Assembly (NCBI GenBank): GCA_963667175.2
Contig: CAXXXF010000015.1
Location: 512,001-576,000 of the forward strand
Origin: Candidatus Latescibacterota bacterium
GTDB taxonomy: Bacteria; Latescibacterota; UBA2968; GCA-2709665
DNA length: 64,000 bases
Direction of reading: 5' to 3'
Under the pieces are notes generated by a model that worked only from the letters and a program-made list of their open reading frames with translations, did not search any database and had not been told where the DNA came from. A program made the translations under genes and the position numbers. Positions 30,800 through 41,427 of the stretch are shown here, piece by piece; the first letter of the stretch is position 1, and the number at the start of each line of letters is the position of its first letter.

Positions 30800-32995
30800 A
30801 TGCGAACGATACGAAGCCTGATATTCCTGACTCTATGCGCAAGTACGCCGCTTCAGGCGGCGGAGATTGCGGGCCGCGTCATCGATGCGGACACGCAAAA
30901 GCCCGTCGCCGATGCGCGCGTTCGCGTTCTCAACACCGACCTGGCGACAGTTACGGATGACCGCGGTCACTTTCTCATTCGCGATCTCACGGCCGGCGTC
31001 TATACGCTCGCCATCACGCACATCGCGTATCGGTCCGCGCAACGCACGGTCCACGTGAGTGAAGAGACTCACGTTGCCATCGAGCTTTCGTCCCGGGCGT
31101 TTCCCCTCCATGAGTTCCCGGTGATCGCCGATCCGATGGGACCCGGCGACATACACAGAAGTCCGGCCTATGCCACCGTGATCACGCGCGAGAGTTTCGA
31201 GGGCAGAGAGACGACCCTTCCCGACGTCCTGGCCGAGGCCACGGGTGTGCACGTCAAGCGCCTGGGCGGGTTGGGCGCATTCAGCACGTTGTCTTTGCGG
31301 GGTTCATCGGCCGACCAGGTCGAAGTGTATCTCGACGGCATCCTGCTGAACGCGGCCTTCGGCGGGGGCGTGGACCTGGGCAACCTGCCGCTCGCGCACG
31401 TCGGGCAGATCGAAGTGTATCGAGGCGCGGGCGCCCGCGGAAACGGCCTGGGCGGGGCGGTGCACGTGCGCACGCGCCCCACACAGGCACGGTGGCGACA
31501 CGGCGTTCGCGGATCGTGGGGGGCTTTCGACACGCGGTTGATGAGTGGCATGATCGCGGGCGGGCTGGGGCGGTCGGAGTTTCTTGCCGTGGCCGACTAT
31601 GCGCAAAGCGACAACGATTTCGAATTTCTGGACGACAATGGAACCGAATACAATGCCGACGACGACGTCTGGGCCAGGCGTCGGAACAACCACCACCGGT
31701 CCCTCAATCTGCTGGGCAAATGGCGACGCGCGCTCGGGGAGAACAGCGAAGTGTCCCTCCACGAGACGATGTACTGGAAGGACCAGGGCATGCCGGGCAT
31801 CAGTAACAATCAATCGCGGAATGCACAATTGGGCGCCTTCAGAACGATGACTGAAATCACATACGAGAATCGGGCGCTGGCGCAAGGCATGAGTACGCGC
31901 CAGTCGTTTTACGTCACACACACCAGGGAGCGATTCCGCGATCCCGACGGCGAAGTGGGAATTGGCAGGCAGGACAACGACTATCGCACCCGCACCTACG
32001 GGTGGAGGGGCCGCATCAGAACCGTTCTGCTTTCCCGATGCGATGTCTCGGCTGCGACCGGCGTCCGCAGAGAGACCTACTTCCCGACAACGCGCATCCG
32101 CAGCATCGCGAATTTCTTCGACAGCCGGCGATGGGTCTCTTCCGCGCGTGCAGGGGTTGATATCTCCCTGCCGGGGAAATCCGGAGTGTGGTCCCTGAGC
32201 GCCGAACATCGGCACATCCGCAGTTCGTTTACGGGCGCCAATCCATTCGATTTTTCGCCCCTTGCGCCCGATTCGGCGAATACCCGCAATCTCACGAGCG
32301 TGCGTACGGGTGTGCGACTGGATCTGACGTCCCGCCTTGCGTTCAAGGCCAATGCGGGGCGCGTATTCCGGATTCCCTCGTTCTTCGAGCTCTTCGGCGA
32401 CCGCGGCGGTGTGGTGGGCAACGTCAATCTCCGGCCGGAACGCGGACTTGCGTTTGACGGGGGCCTGCGCTGGTCGGGCGGGACGACCTCGTTGGAGTTC
32501 GCGGTTTTCGATCACCGCTATGAAGACCTGATCCAGTTTGTCCACACGTCGCAAGCCACCTCTCGGCCCGTCAACGTTGGCAGCGCCCGGGTGTACGGGA
32601 TCGAAATATCCGCGCAAAGACGCCTCGGTCGCTACGTCAACCTCTCCGGAAATTACACGTGCCAGAATGCCAGAGACCAATCGGAAATTCCGTATCTGAA
32701 GGGCAACGTACTGCCCAATCGTCCGCCCCACGCGCTGTTTGCCCGCGCGACGGCGCAACTGGGACGCTTTACCGCGACATATGACTACAGCCTGGAGGAC
32801 GGGAGCTTTCTCGATCAGGCGAACCGGCGCCCTCTTTCGTCGCGCCACATTCACAACGCCGGCGTGAAGTTGAATACCGGGCGGCGGTTCCAAATCGGTC
32901 TGGAGGCCAAGAACATATTCGGCGCCCAAATCGCCGATACATGGGGCTATCCGTTACCCGGGCGCGCGTTTTTCGTGAGCGTGAATACGGAATAG
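30800..32995 (+). CDS. TonB-dependent receptor (BtuB-like) with N-terminal carboxypeptidase-regulatory-like domain
   Basis: Plug SLRGSS.DQV.VYLDG, IEVYRG, NLRPE, C-terminal GYPLPGR. Confidence 0.9.
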   Translation: MRTIRSLIFLTLCASTPLQAAEIAGRVIDADTQKPVADARVRVLNTDLATVTDDRGHFLIRDLTAGVYTLAITHIAYRSAQRTVHVSEETHVAIELSSRAFPLHEFPVIADPMGPGDIHRSPAYATVITRESFEGRETTLPDVLAEATGVHVKRLGGLGAFSTLSLRGSSADQVEVYLDGILLNAAFGGGVDLGNLPLAHVGQIEVYRGAGARGNGLGGAVHVRTRPTQARWRHGVRGSWGAFDTRLMSGMIAGGLGRSEFLAVADYAQSDNDFEFLDDNGTEYNADDDVWARRRNNHHRSLNLLGKWRRALGENSEVSLHETMYWKDQGMPGISNNQSRNAQLGAFRTMTEITYENRALAQGMSTRQSFYVTHTRERFRDPDGEVGIGRQDNDYRTRTYGWRGRIRTVLLSRCDVSAATGVRRETYFPTTRIRSIANFFDSRRWVSSARAGVDISLPGKSGVWSLSAEHRHIRSSFTGANPFDFSPLAPDSANTRNLTSVRTGVRLDLTSRLAFKANAGRVFRIPSFFELFGDRGGVVGNVNLRPERGLAFDGGLRWSGGTTSLEFAVFDHRYEDLIQFVHTSQATSRPVNVGSARVYGIEISAQRRLGRYVNLSGNYTCQNARDQSEIPYLKGNVLPNRPPHALFARATAQLGRFTATYDYSLEDGSFLDQANRRPLSSRHIHNAGVKLNTGRRFQIGLEAKNIFGAQIADTWGYPLPGRAFFVSVNTE

Positions 32996-33115
32996 GGATC
33001 CGGCGAGCGCAGGACCGGAAGGCGCATCCCCCACTATTCGTCCGAAGCGCTCTTGATTCGTGAAAGATGAGGCCAAGGTAGCAGTTCTTTACACATTTCC
33101 CGACGGGAGGTTTGA

Positions 33116-34357
33116 ATGAGGTGGTTTCTGCTGATTCTGTTTCTGGCAACCGATGCACTGGCAAACCAGGCGGTGATGACGACGACGGATTACGCCACGG
33201 GTGGACTTTCGAGCCTGGATCTCGGTACAAATACGGCTGTAAACGACCATCTGACGATTCATTCGGACGCGGTGGTTCGCACGTATCGAGACAAGGTGTA
33301 TATACTCAACCGCCTTGGGCAGGATAACGTCATTGTTCTGGATGGAGACGATCTGCAGACGCCACAGACGCAGTATTCCACGGGAAACGGCACGAATCCC
33401 CACGACATCGCCTTTGTCAGCGAGGAGAAGGCGTATATTTCCCGATATGGCCGAACCCATCTCCTCGTCGTCAATCCCGTCACGGGCGATTCGCTGGGTA
33501 CGGTCGATCTTTCGACGTTCGCGGATGCCGACGGCCTGCCCGAAACTTCCCAACTCGCCGTACACGGGGGCCATCTGTTCGCGGCCTGTCATCGGCTGGA
33601 CCGGGAGAACGGATGGGCGCCGACGGAATTTTCGGCGATTGCCGTTGTCGACGTGACGACTGATGAATTGGTGGATGCGGACCCGGACACAGAAGGTACG
33701 CAAGGAATTGTCATGACCGGCAGCAATCCCTCAGGGGCCGCGCTGCGAGGCGGCAAGTGGTACTTGAGCGCCGTCAATTCGTACACCGATTTGACCGACG
33801 GCGGCATCGAGGTGATCGATCTGGCAAATTTACGGAGCGAAGGAATCATGCTCGATGAGACGACCGCGGGCGGCAATCCGGGTTCCCTGGTGATGACTTC
33901 CGATCGCGACGGCTATGCCGTCATTACCGACGAGTATTTCGTAAATACCGTCAAACGCCTGGATCTGGCGACGCAGTCGGTGTCCCCGGGCCTGGAGGGC
34001 CTCTCTGGCGGATCTGTGCCCGGTCTTGGCCTGTTCGGCACGCGGCTATTTGTTCTGGATCAGGGGAGTTTCGGCGATCCGGCCTCCGCCGGCGTGAAAA
34101 TCTATGACGTGAATTCGGACGACCTTCTGGCCGGTCCGATCGGCACGGGTTTGCCGCCGTCGAGCATTGCGTTCCTGGGCAGAGTGGCGGATTTCAATGG
34201 CGACTACGTGGTGGACTTCAACGATTTTGTGGCATTCGCCTCCATGTTCGGCAGGACAGCCGGCGACGATGATTTCGAAACCAGGTTCGACCTGAATGGA
34301 AACGGTGAGATCGATTTTCAGGACTTCCTCATCTTCGCATCGGAATTCGGGCGTTGA
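33116..34357 (+). CDS. Secreted beta-propeller (YncE/BtuG-like) with C-terminal dockerin/EF-hand-like domain
   Basis: Signal peptide; NPHDIAFVSEEKAYISRY; C-terminal DFNGD..VDFNDF...DLNGNGEIDFQDF. Confidence 0.75.
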   Translation: MRWFLLILFLATDALANQAVMTTTDYATGGLSSLDLGTNTAVNDHLTIHSDAVVRTYRDKVYILNRLGQDNVIVLDGDDLQTPQTQYSTGNGTNPHDIAFVSEEKAYISRYGRTHLLVVNPVTGDSLGTVDLSTFADADGLPETSQLAVHGGHLFAACHRLDRENGWAPTEFSAIAVVDVTTDELVDADPDTEGTQGIVMTGSNPSGAALRGGKWYLSAVNSYTDLTDGGIEVIDLANLRSEGIMLDETTAGGNPGSLVMTSDRDGYAVITDEYFVNTVKRLDLATQSVSPGLEGLSGGSVPGLGLFGTRLFVLDQGSFGDPASAGVKIYDVNSDDLLAGPIGTGLPPSSIAFLGRVADFNGDYVVDFNDFVAFASMFGRTAGDDDFETRFDLNGNGEIDFQDFLIFASEFGR

Positions 34358-34392
34358 GCAAGTCACCTACCCCCAATTCCCCGTCCCCGCGG

Positions 34393-34505
34393 GGAGACGT
34401 AAGACGTGAGACGGGAGATGACATCCTTGCCCGATTAATGCCTCCGGCACGAAACGAAACCGAACGGGGCGGACAATCTCTCACGTCTCACGTCTACCCT
34501 CTCAC
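34393..34505. repeat. Inverted pair of GAGACGT heptamer repeats
   Basis: gagacgtaagacgtgagacg ... tctcacgtctcacgtct; the motif recurs at about 62160. Confidence 0.6.
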
Positions 34506-34752
34506 CGCTTTTGAGGGGCCGGGGGGAGAGGTCTGCGCCCGTTACGGCGCTGACGTCAATGGGTTTGCCTCTTGCTGTTTGGTTTTTGATTCAAGCTGAC
34601 TACTGATTGCTGTTTGTTTTTCGCTGTTGCCTCAAGCTGATTGCTGATCACTGAAGGCTGAAAGCCCTTCTTTCCCTTTGTGTCTTTGTGTCTCCGTGTG
34701 AGCAGATTTTGATTCAAGCTGAACGCCGAGCGCTGATAGCTAACGACTGCCT

Positions 34753-35877
34753 ATGGATGAATATCTCGATCGCCATGAACACTACGATCTGACGCGCGAC
34801 GGCCGTTTTCTGATCGCCGAGCTGCGTACGCCCCACAGGGTGCTGAGTACGTCGGCGCATCGCGGCGGCATGTGCACGGGCATCCGATATCTCGTGAATC
34901 ACCAGAGTTGCGAGGGTACGGGCCACGATGCGCGATTCGCGTTGATCAGGAAACTCGGCCAGGCGGGCTATCACCGCCACGTCTGCGCGGAACGCGGCCT
35001 GCCCCCCAATGAGGTCGCGGTGATGGGTACGGCTGCGAACATGAACTGCGCGGCGCACGTCGTGAAGACCCATGCCGAATTGCGCGTGTGCGCGGTGGTG
35101 ACCGCGGGCGTGGAGGGCAACGCGGGATGTGCGGGCGATCCGGCAACCTGGCATGAAGAGGATGAAAAATGGATCGAAACGCATCCGCACGCGGGTACGA
35201 TCAACACCATGGTTCTCATCAACTGGCCGCTCACACGGGGCGCGATGGCCCGGGCGGCAGTCACGATGACCGAGGGCAAGTCTGCCGCGCTGCGCGATCT
35301 CGCCGTGTCGAGTCGGTATTCTCGCGATCTCGCGACGGGAACCGGTACCGATCAGTATTGTATTGCCGCGCCATTGGACGAAGCGAAAAAGCCGAAGGCC
35401 AACGCCGGCCATCACGCGAAGTTGGGCGAGTTGATCGGAGCGGCGGTCCGAAAAACCACACGCGAAGCGCTGCGATGGCAGAACGGTCTCGAGCCATCCC
35501 AAACGAGATGCCTTTTCCATGTGCTGAAGCGGTTCGGGTTTCGTCGCGACCGGTTCCTTGCGGCGATGGATATCCGACTGACGGATGCCGATTGCGCCCT
35601 GCTGGAGAAAAACCTCAAGTCCGTTGTGTATGAACCGCGCGTCTCGGCGGCGGCCTATGCGTTTGCGGCGGTCTGGGACCGCGTCCGATGCGGCGCGATT
35701 CCTTATTCGCTGGCCGAACCGGTATTCCGGCAGCAGGCAGCGACTTTGGCGTCCTCGCTCTCGGCGAGACCGGGGGAGTGGCCGGCCTGCTACGAGCAGC
35801 TCAGGACCAACGAAGACAATCTCCTGGAACTCGTCTATGATGCGCTTGCGCTGGGTTGGCGTCTGAAATGGACCTGA
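34753..35877 (+). CDS. cbiZ: Adenosylcobinamide amidohydrolase
   Basis: MGTAANM, VTAGVEGNA, GTINT, TMTEGKS, ATGTGTDQ, GHHAKLGELIG. Confidence 0.9.
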   Translation: MDEYLDRHEHYDLTRDGRFLIAELRTPHRVLSTSAHRGGMCTGIRYLVNHQSCEGTGHDARFALIRKLGQAGYHRHVCAERGLPPNEVAVMGTAANMNCAAHVVKTHAELRVCAVVTAGVEGNAGCAGDPATWHEEDEKWIETHPHAGTINTMVLINWPLTRGAMARAAVTMTEGKSAALRDLAVSSRYSRDLATGTGTDQYCIAAPLDEAKKPKANAGHHAKLGELIGAAVRKTTREALRWQNGLEPSQTRCLFHVLKRFGFRRDRFLAAMDIRLTDADCALLEKNLKSVVYEPRVSAAAYAFAAVWDRVRCGAIPYSLAEPVFRQQAATLASSLSARPGEWPACYEQLRTNEDNLLELVYDALALGWRLKWT

Positions 35878-36848
35878 CCCTGCTGGACCCGGACCCGATC
35901 CTGCTCATCGGCGCTGTCCTTCTGGATGGCCTGTTCGGCGATCCGGTCTATGCCTGTCACCCGATTCGCCTGATCGGCGGCACGCTATCCGTATTCGAAC
36001 GGTTTCTGCGCCGTCTACGCCTGGACGGTTACGCCGGCGGGTGTCTTCTGATGCTGGCGCTTTCCGCGTTCTGGATGGGCGCCGTCTGCGGATTGGCAAT
36101 CGTGTTGAATCACGTTCATTCCTCGGTCGGCTGGGTTTTCCAGTTATATATTATATATAGTATGATCGCTCTCAAGGACCTGTGCAAGCACGGGTTGGCC
36201 ATCGATCGCGCCGCCAATCCGGACGACGGCCGGAGGGCTGTCTCCCAACTCGTTGGGCGCGATACCGATACAATGGACGCTACGGCCTGCCGGCGAGCCG
36301 GCATGGAGAGTTTGAGCGAGAACGCCGTAGACGGGTTCATTTCGCCCCTGTTCTGGTATACTGTATTTGGTATTCCCGGGATTGTGTTCTTCAAGGTGAT
36401 CAGCACCATGGACTCCATGGTGGGTTTCAAAACCCCGCGATACCGCGCTTTTGGGTGGTGCGGCGCCCGGCTGGACGACGTGCTCAATTACCTGCCTGCG
36501 AGATTGACTTATCTCTGGATGGTGCTGGTCGCGTTATTCCTGCCCGGGTGTTCCGCCCGCAAGGCGATGCTTTTCGGCTGGCGGCAGCACGGGCTTGTTC
36601 CGGGACCCAATGCCGGATGGAGTGAAGCGACGGCCGCGGGTGCGTTGCAGCGCCGGCTGGTTGGCCCCGTCCGGCAGGATGGAACACTGATTACAGAGCT
36701 GTGGCTGGGCGCTGAATCCGATCCCGAAGGCGGCCAACCCGGGGATATGCGCCGCGCGTGCGCATTTGTCATTGGCGCCTGTGTGCTCGCAACGTGTCTG
36801 GCGGGCGCTTATCTCTTCGTTTTGCGCCCGCACGTATTGACTTTCTGA
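35868..36848 (+). CDS. cbiB: Adenosylcobinamide-phosphate synthase CbiB/CobD
   Basis: GDP..HPI, VGRDT, ESLSEN.VDG..SPLF, TMDSMVG, PNAGW.E. Confidence 0.92.
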   Translation: MDLTLLDPDPILLIGAVLLDGLFGDPVYACHPIRLIGGTLSVFERFLRRLRLDGYAGGCLLMLALSAFWMGAVCGLAIVLNHVHSSVGWVFQLYIIYSMIALKDLCKHGLAIDRAANPDDGRRAVSQLVGRDTDTMDATACRRAGMESLSENAVDGFISPLFWYTVFGIPGIVFFKVISTMDSMVGFKTPRYRAFGWCGARLDDVLNYLPARLTYLWMVLVALFLPGCSARKAMLFGWRQHGLVPGPNAGWSEATAAGALQRRLVGPVRQDGTLITELWLGAESDPEGGQPGDMRRACAFVIGACVLATCLAGAYLFVLRPHVLTF

Positions 36849-36914
36849 TATCCCGCCGTTATCTTCATCTGCCACACTCAACCGATCTAATCAGCATGTT
36901 ACCAGGAGCGGGCG

Positions 36915-38504
36915 ATGATGAAATCTCTACTTGCCGGCTTGACTCTGGCGGCGACCTGCATGTGTCTGAATCCTGCCTTTGCACAGGACAACAGGACGAC
37001 GGCAGGTGACGTGGTGGACCGTGAGACCCTGATGGCCTTTGTGGAAGGAGCAAAGGACTCCCTCGATGGCGCCGCCGACTTCGCCGCGGTCGGGCGATTG
37101 ATAGAGGCGTTCAGGACCGAAGGCGACTGGAAGGCCGGGCGGGTCTATCTCGTCATTCTGACCGGCGAGGGACTCGTGCAGTTTCACGCGGCGGACGTTA
37201 CGTTCGAAGACAAGAACGTACTTGATCTCGAAGATGACAGGGGCAATGGGATCGTCCGGGACATGCTCGCCGCTGCCGCTGAAGACGGCGGGTTTGTCGA
37301 GTACTATTGGGACGACCCGACCGTGGAGGACGACGATTTACCCACGCTGACCTACTCGGTTCCTGTTACCATACGCGGGCAGGAATTCGTCCTTGTCGGC
37401 GGTTTTCACATGGACCTGTCGGACGTCGATGCCGAGCCGAACATCTTTGAACTGCTGGAGGTAACCGCCCGGGACGTAAAGGACAGGGCATCCCTCAGGG
37501 CGTTTGTGGAGGGCCTGCGGGTACTCGTTCCCGTCATCGAAGAAAAGGGATATCCCTACCTGGCAACCGTGCAGTCCGCCATCAGGACCGAGGGGGAGGA
37601 TTTCAAACACGGTTCGATATACATCTTTGTGATCAACACGTCGGGCATACTGATCTTTCACGGCACGGCGGACCCCAGTTCTTTCGGCGAGAACATGATC
37701 GACGTGGAGGACGTTAACGGAGTCAAAATCGTCCGCGAAATTATCGCGACGGCCGAAGCCGGCGGCGGGTTTGTGAAATACTACTGGGACAATCCGGCGG
37801 TCATCGGAGACGAGGACACCAAGTCGCCCAAGCTCAGCTACGTGATCCCGATTCACGTTTTCGGTCAGACGTTTGTCGTAGGCGCGGGCATCTATCTGGA
37901 GAGCGATATCGCCTTCGAAGAGGTCGCGCAGGTGGATGTACAGGTCGTCGGCGATGGCGACCCGGGCGGTCTTACAGTGGAAGTTTCGCGATCGATTTCC
38001 GGACGCGCGCCCGTCTATGCGTGGCGCAAGACGACCGATGAGACGGGGCGCGCCGTGGTGAGAGTCACGCCGGACGAACAGCGCCGCGTCAACGGCATGT
38101 ACCGGGCGCGGGTGCGCACGTCCGATGGCGCGACCGTCGCAAGCTGGAGCAGCATTCCCCTGATGCCCGGAAGGCGCGTGACCTATGAGGTCAATCTGAA
38201 TGGCGACGTACGTGCCGTCAGGACGATCGCGGCATCATTGGGACCGAACCGGCCGAATCCGTTCAACCCTTCGACCTCCATTCGCTATTCGCTTGACGAA
38301 ACGGTGGACGTGAAACTGGCGATCTACAACCTGCTGGGCCAGGAGGTCCGCCTGCTGGTTCGACAGTTCCAGCCGGCGGGAAGCTATATGGTCTCGTGGG
38401 ACGGTCGGGACGCCGTCGGAAGGCAGGTGAGTACAGGTCTGTACCTGTATCGGCTTCAGGCCGGGGCGGACGTTGTCACGCGCAAGATGGTGCTGGCGAA
38501 ATAG
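36915..38504 (+). CDS. Secreted protein with two single-Cache-like domains and a C-terminal FlgD-Ig/T9SS-like sorting domain
   Basis: Signal peptide; two D..G..IVR.......GGFV.YYWD.P repeats; PNPFNPST.I.Y...IYNLLGQ.V...WDG.D..G..VSTG.YLY. Confidence 0.8.
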   Translation: MMKSLLAGLTLAATCMCLNPAFAQDNRTTAGDVVDRETLMAFVEGAKDSLDGAADFAAVGRLIEAFRTEGDWKAGRVYLVILTGEGLVQFHAADVTFEDKNVLDLEDDRGNGIVRDMLAAAAEDGGFVEYYWDDPTVEDDDLPTLTYSVPVTIRGQEFVLVGGFHMDLSDVDAEPNIFELLEVTARDVKDRASLRAFVEGLRVLVPVIEEKGYPYLATVQSAIRTEGEDFKHGSIYIFVINTSGILIFHGTADPSSFGENMIDVEDVNGVKIVREIIATAEAGGGFVKYYWDNPAVIGDEDTKSPKLSYVIPIHVFGQTFVVGAGIYLESDIAFEEVAQVDVQVVGDGDPGGLTVEVSRSISGRAPVYAWRKTTDETGRAVVRVTPDEQRRVNGMYRARVRTSDGATVASWSSIPLMPGRRVTYEVNLNGDVRAVRTIAASLGPNRPNPFNPSTSIRYSLDETVDVKLAIYNLLGQEVRLLVRQFQPAGSYMVSWDGRDAVGRQVSTGLYLYRLQAGADVVTRKMVLAK

Positions 38505-38649
38505 CTGCCACGCGCGAATTTGCGAGATATTGACTTTCCAGAGTCGGTCCGCTTCTGAGGAGGGGCAGGAGGAAGCGAGGGAAGACATAATAAGAATGCC
38601 CGCCAATCTGATTTACTGGCAGGCCTTTGACAATGTTAAGCGCAGCGGA

Positions 38650-38892
38650 CTATTGCTTTGCGTTGTTGATCCTTTCTTCGTTTTTGGCGATGCGTTCTCC
38701 GAACGAATCCAGACGTTCGTCGATACGCTTGATGTCTTGCCTTAGTTCTCGAATATCGGCTTTTAATTCTGTTCGTAAATCTTGAATGTTGGCTATGAGA
38801 CTGAACATCGTGAGAAGAATAGCCGCAAGCGCAACAAGATTGGGCGTATTTACCTTGAGTATATCACCCCATGAGATGGTTTTCCCGTTCAT
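38650..38892 (-). CDS. Small TM plus coiled-coil protein
   Basis: One hydrophobic helix, then heptad repeats; GGAGG RBS. Confidence 0.6.
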   Translation of the reverse strand: MNGKTISWGDILKVNTPNLVALAAILLTMFSLIANIQDLRTELKADIRELRQDIKRIDERLDSFGERIAKNEERINNAKQ

Positions 38893-39079
38893 TGTGTACC
38901 TCCAATCTGTTCGAAAGAAAAGTACGTCAATCAGTTACATTTTGTCAAGCGGAAATATTGAAATACAGACGCTGTCGCACCGAGGGGATTACTACGGGAG
39001 AGAACGAATTGGAAGAGCGGAAGAAAGTGTCGGCGGTAGAGGTTGTGGAAATTGCGGACAACCTGCCCAAATATAACTC

Positions 39080-39289
39080 TTGCCTACAATTCCCTTAAAT
39101 CAAGACGGGTTTCGCGAATACGGAAGGAAAGGCGCGACCCGTTTTTTTGTGCACGCGGATGGGAGAATGACAACCGTCCACCTCCACGGCATGAATCAGA
39201 CCTTTGCGGTGGGTACCCTGAAGTCAATCGTCGAGCGTCAGGCTCTGTGGGAAGAGATCGATCTTGAGCGTCTTGGGCTATTGAAGTAA
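39080..39289 (+). pseudogene. HicA-like toxin remnant
   Basis: DGF....KG..RFF.HADGR.TTV..H...TF..GTLKS; N-terminus degraded. Confidence 0.55.
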
Positions 39290-39316
39290 GGTTCTTGATT
39301 CTTGCGGAGAAACAAT

Positions 39317-40363
39317 GTGATTGAGGTGATTCTGACGGCGCGAGACCTCTCCATCGGTTACAAACGCGGTCGAGGGACCCCTCGCGTTGTGGCTCGCAAT
39401 TTCGACGTTTCGCTCGATGCCGGCGATTTTGTGTGTCTGCTTGGCCCCAATGGCGCGGGGAAATCCACGCTCCTGCGCACGCTGGCCGGGATGCAGCCGC
39501 CGCTGAACGGGCACGTACATATCGCAGGAAGAGATATCGCGGAGATGTCCGCGACGGAAGTCGCCCAGGTGCTCAGCGTGGTGCTCACGGACCGCGTCAG
39601 CGTCGGTACTATGACGGTGCGCGACCTGGTGGGCCTGGGACGGCATCCGCATACCGATTGGATCGGACGCTTTGCTACCGAAGATGAACAGGCTGTATCC
39701 TGGGCGATCCGGGCGGCGCGGGCTGAAGACCTGGAACACCGCAACGTGGCCGAACTGAGCGATGGCGAGCGCCAGAGGGTGATGATTGCGCGGGCGCTGG
39801 CGCAGCAGCCCGACCTGATGATTCTGGACGAACCCACGGCCTTTCTCGATCTGCCCCGGCGAATTGAAATCATGGCGCTGTTGCGGGGCCTCGCTCATAC
39901 GACCCGGAAAGCGATCCTCCTCTCCACGCACGATCTGGACCTGGCGCTGCGGTGTGCAGACCGGATCTATCTCCTGCCGTCAGAAGGCGCATTGCAGACC
40001 GGCGCGCCCGAGGACCTGGTCCTGAATGGGGCCTTTGAAGGCGCGTTCGGCAGCGACGGCGTGCGCTTCAACGCCGACACGGGCGCGTTCAGGATGACGC
40101 CGGAGACCGGCCGCGCCACGGTCGCCTTGACGGGACGGGGACGGCGGGCGTATTGGACAAAGCGGGCGCTGGAACGCGCCGGGTTCCGGGTGGATGACGT
40201 GGAATCCGTGTGCCGCGTCGACGTCGTCGACGGAACAAACGGCTCGTGGCGTTTCGAACGTGGCGAATCAACCCGGATCTTCCATTCCATTTACGACTTG
40301 ATTTCAGCACTTAAAGTCGAAATTGGAATAGATACCGCAGCGCAATCGGGAATTACGGGATGA
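39317..40363 (+). CDS. Cobalamin/iron ABC transporter ATP-binding protein (BtuD/FecE-like)
   Basis: GPNGAGKST, LSDGERQR, LDEPT, STHD. Confidence 0.92.
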   Translation: MIEVILTARDLSIGYKRGRGTPRVVARNFDVSLDAGDFVCLLGPNGAGKSTLLRTLAGMQPPLNGHVHIAGRDIAEMSATEVAQVLSVVLTDRVSVGTMTVRDLVGLGRHPHTDWIGRFATEDEQAVSWAIRAARAEDLEHRNVAELSDGERQRVMIARALAQQPDLMILDEPTAFLDLPRRIEIMALLRGLAHTTRKAILLSTHDLDLALRCADRIYLLPSEGALQTGAPEDLVLNGAFEGAFGSDGVRFNADTGAFRMTPETGRATVALTGRGRRAYWTKRALERAGFRVDDVESVCRVDVVDGTNGSWRFERGESTRIFHSIYDLISALKVEIGIDTAAQSGITG

Positions 40364-41427
40364 AATCGGCTTCTGAAGTTGAAGCGCGGGGCGGACCGCG
40401 GCGCGCGATGATCTTACCGGGACTGTTTCTGCTGCTTCTGGTCGCGTTCGGCCTGAGCCTCTCGCTCGGGTCGGTCCGCATTCCTCTGTCCGGACTGTTC
40501 GACATACTGATGGGCGGCGAGCCCGCCTCTCCGGCATGGTCGATCATCATTCACACCATTCGATTGCCGAAGGCGATCACCGGCGTGCTGGCCGGCGCCG
40601 CCCTGGCGGTCAGCGGACTGCAGATGCAGACGTTGTTTCGCAATCCGCTGGCCGATCCGTTTGTGCTTGGCATCAGCGCGGGCGCCAGTCTGGGCGTGGC
40701 CATCGTGGTGTTGGCGGCGGGCGCCGTTGGCAGCGCGCTGATCGCCGGCCTGGGCTTCCTGGGCGACCTCGGCCTGGCTGTTGCTGCGATTCTGGGCGCC
40801 GCCGCGGTGCTGGGGGGTGTGCTGCTGGTTTCCCGCAGCGTGAGCAGTGTGATGACGCTGCTCATCCTGGGCCTGATGTTCGGATACGCGACCGCCGCGT
40901 TCGTCAGCATTCTGATCTACTTCAGCGTGCCCGAACAGATCCAGTCGTACATCCTTTGGACGTTCGGCAGTTTCGGCGGCGTGACGTGGCGCCAGGTCCC
41001 CGTGCTCGCCGGCGCCATACTGCTCGGGCTCTTGCTGGCGTTGCTGTGCATCAAGCCTCTCAATGCGTTGTTGCTGGGCGAAAACTACGCCCGAAGTATG
41101 GGCCTGAACGTGAAACGCGCGCGCCTGTGGATCCTTGTGAGTGCGTCGGTTCTCGCGGGCGCCACCACCGCCTTTTGCGGCCCCATCGCCTTCCTGGGCC
41201 TGGCGGTGCCGCACCTATGCCGAAGCCTGCTGCACACGTCGGACCACCGCGTGCTCATGCCCGCCGTCATCTGCCTTGGCGCAACCCTCGCGCTGCTGTC
41301 CGATCTTTTCGCGCACCTGCCGGGCAGTCAATACGTGCTGCCGCTCAATGCGGTGACCTCCCTCATCGGGGCGCCCGTCGTCATCTGGTTCATCCTGCAC
41401 CGGAAGAACCTTAACCGGACGTTTTGA
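40360..41427 (+). CDS. FecCD/BtuC-family permease
   Basis: IRLPK, MQTLFRNPLA.P, GENYA.SMG, GPIAFLG. Confidence 0.92.
   Translation: MKSASEVEARGGPRRAMILPGLFLLLLVAFGLSLSLGSVRIPLSGLFDILMGGEPASPAWSIIIHTIRLPKAITGVLAGAALAVSGLQMQTLFRNPLADPFVLGISAGASLGVAIVVLAAGAVGSALIAGLGFLGDLGLAVAAILGAAAVLGGVLLVSRSVSSVMTLLILGLMFGYATAAFVSILIYFSVPEQIQSYILWTFGSFGGVTWRQVPVLAGAILLGLLLALLCIKPLNALLLGENYARSMGLNVKRARLWILVSASVLAGATTAFCGPIAFLGLAVPHLCRSLLHTSDHRVLMPAVICLGATLALLSDLFAHLPGSQYVLPLNAVTSLIGAPVVIWFILHRKNLNRTF

Noticed and set aside
31304-32929. Long antisense ORFs (541 aa here; similar at 58255-59760, 54316-55449, 6617-7747)
   Set aside because: Typical GC-rich antisense shadows of well-supported genes.
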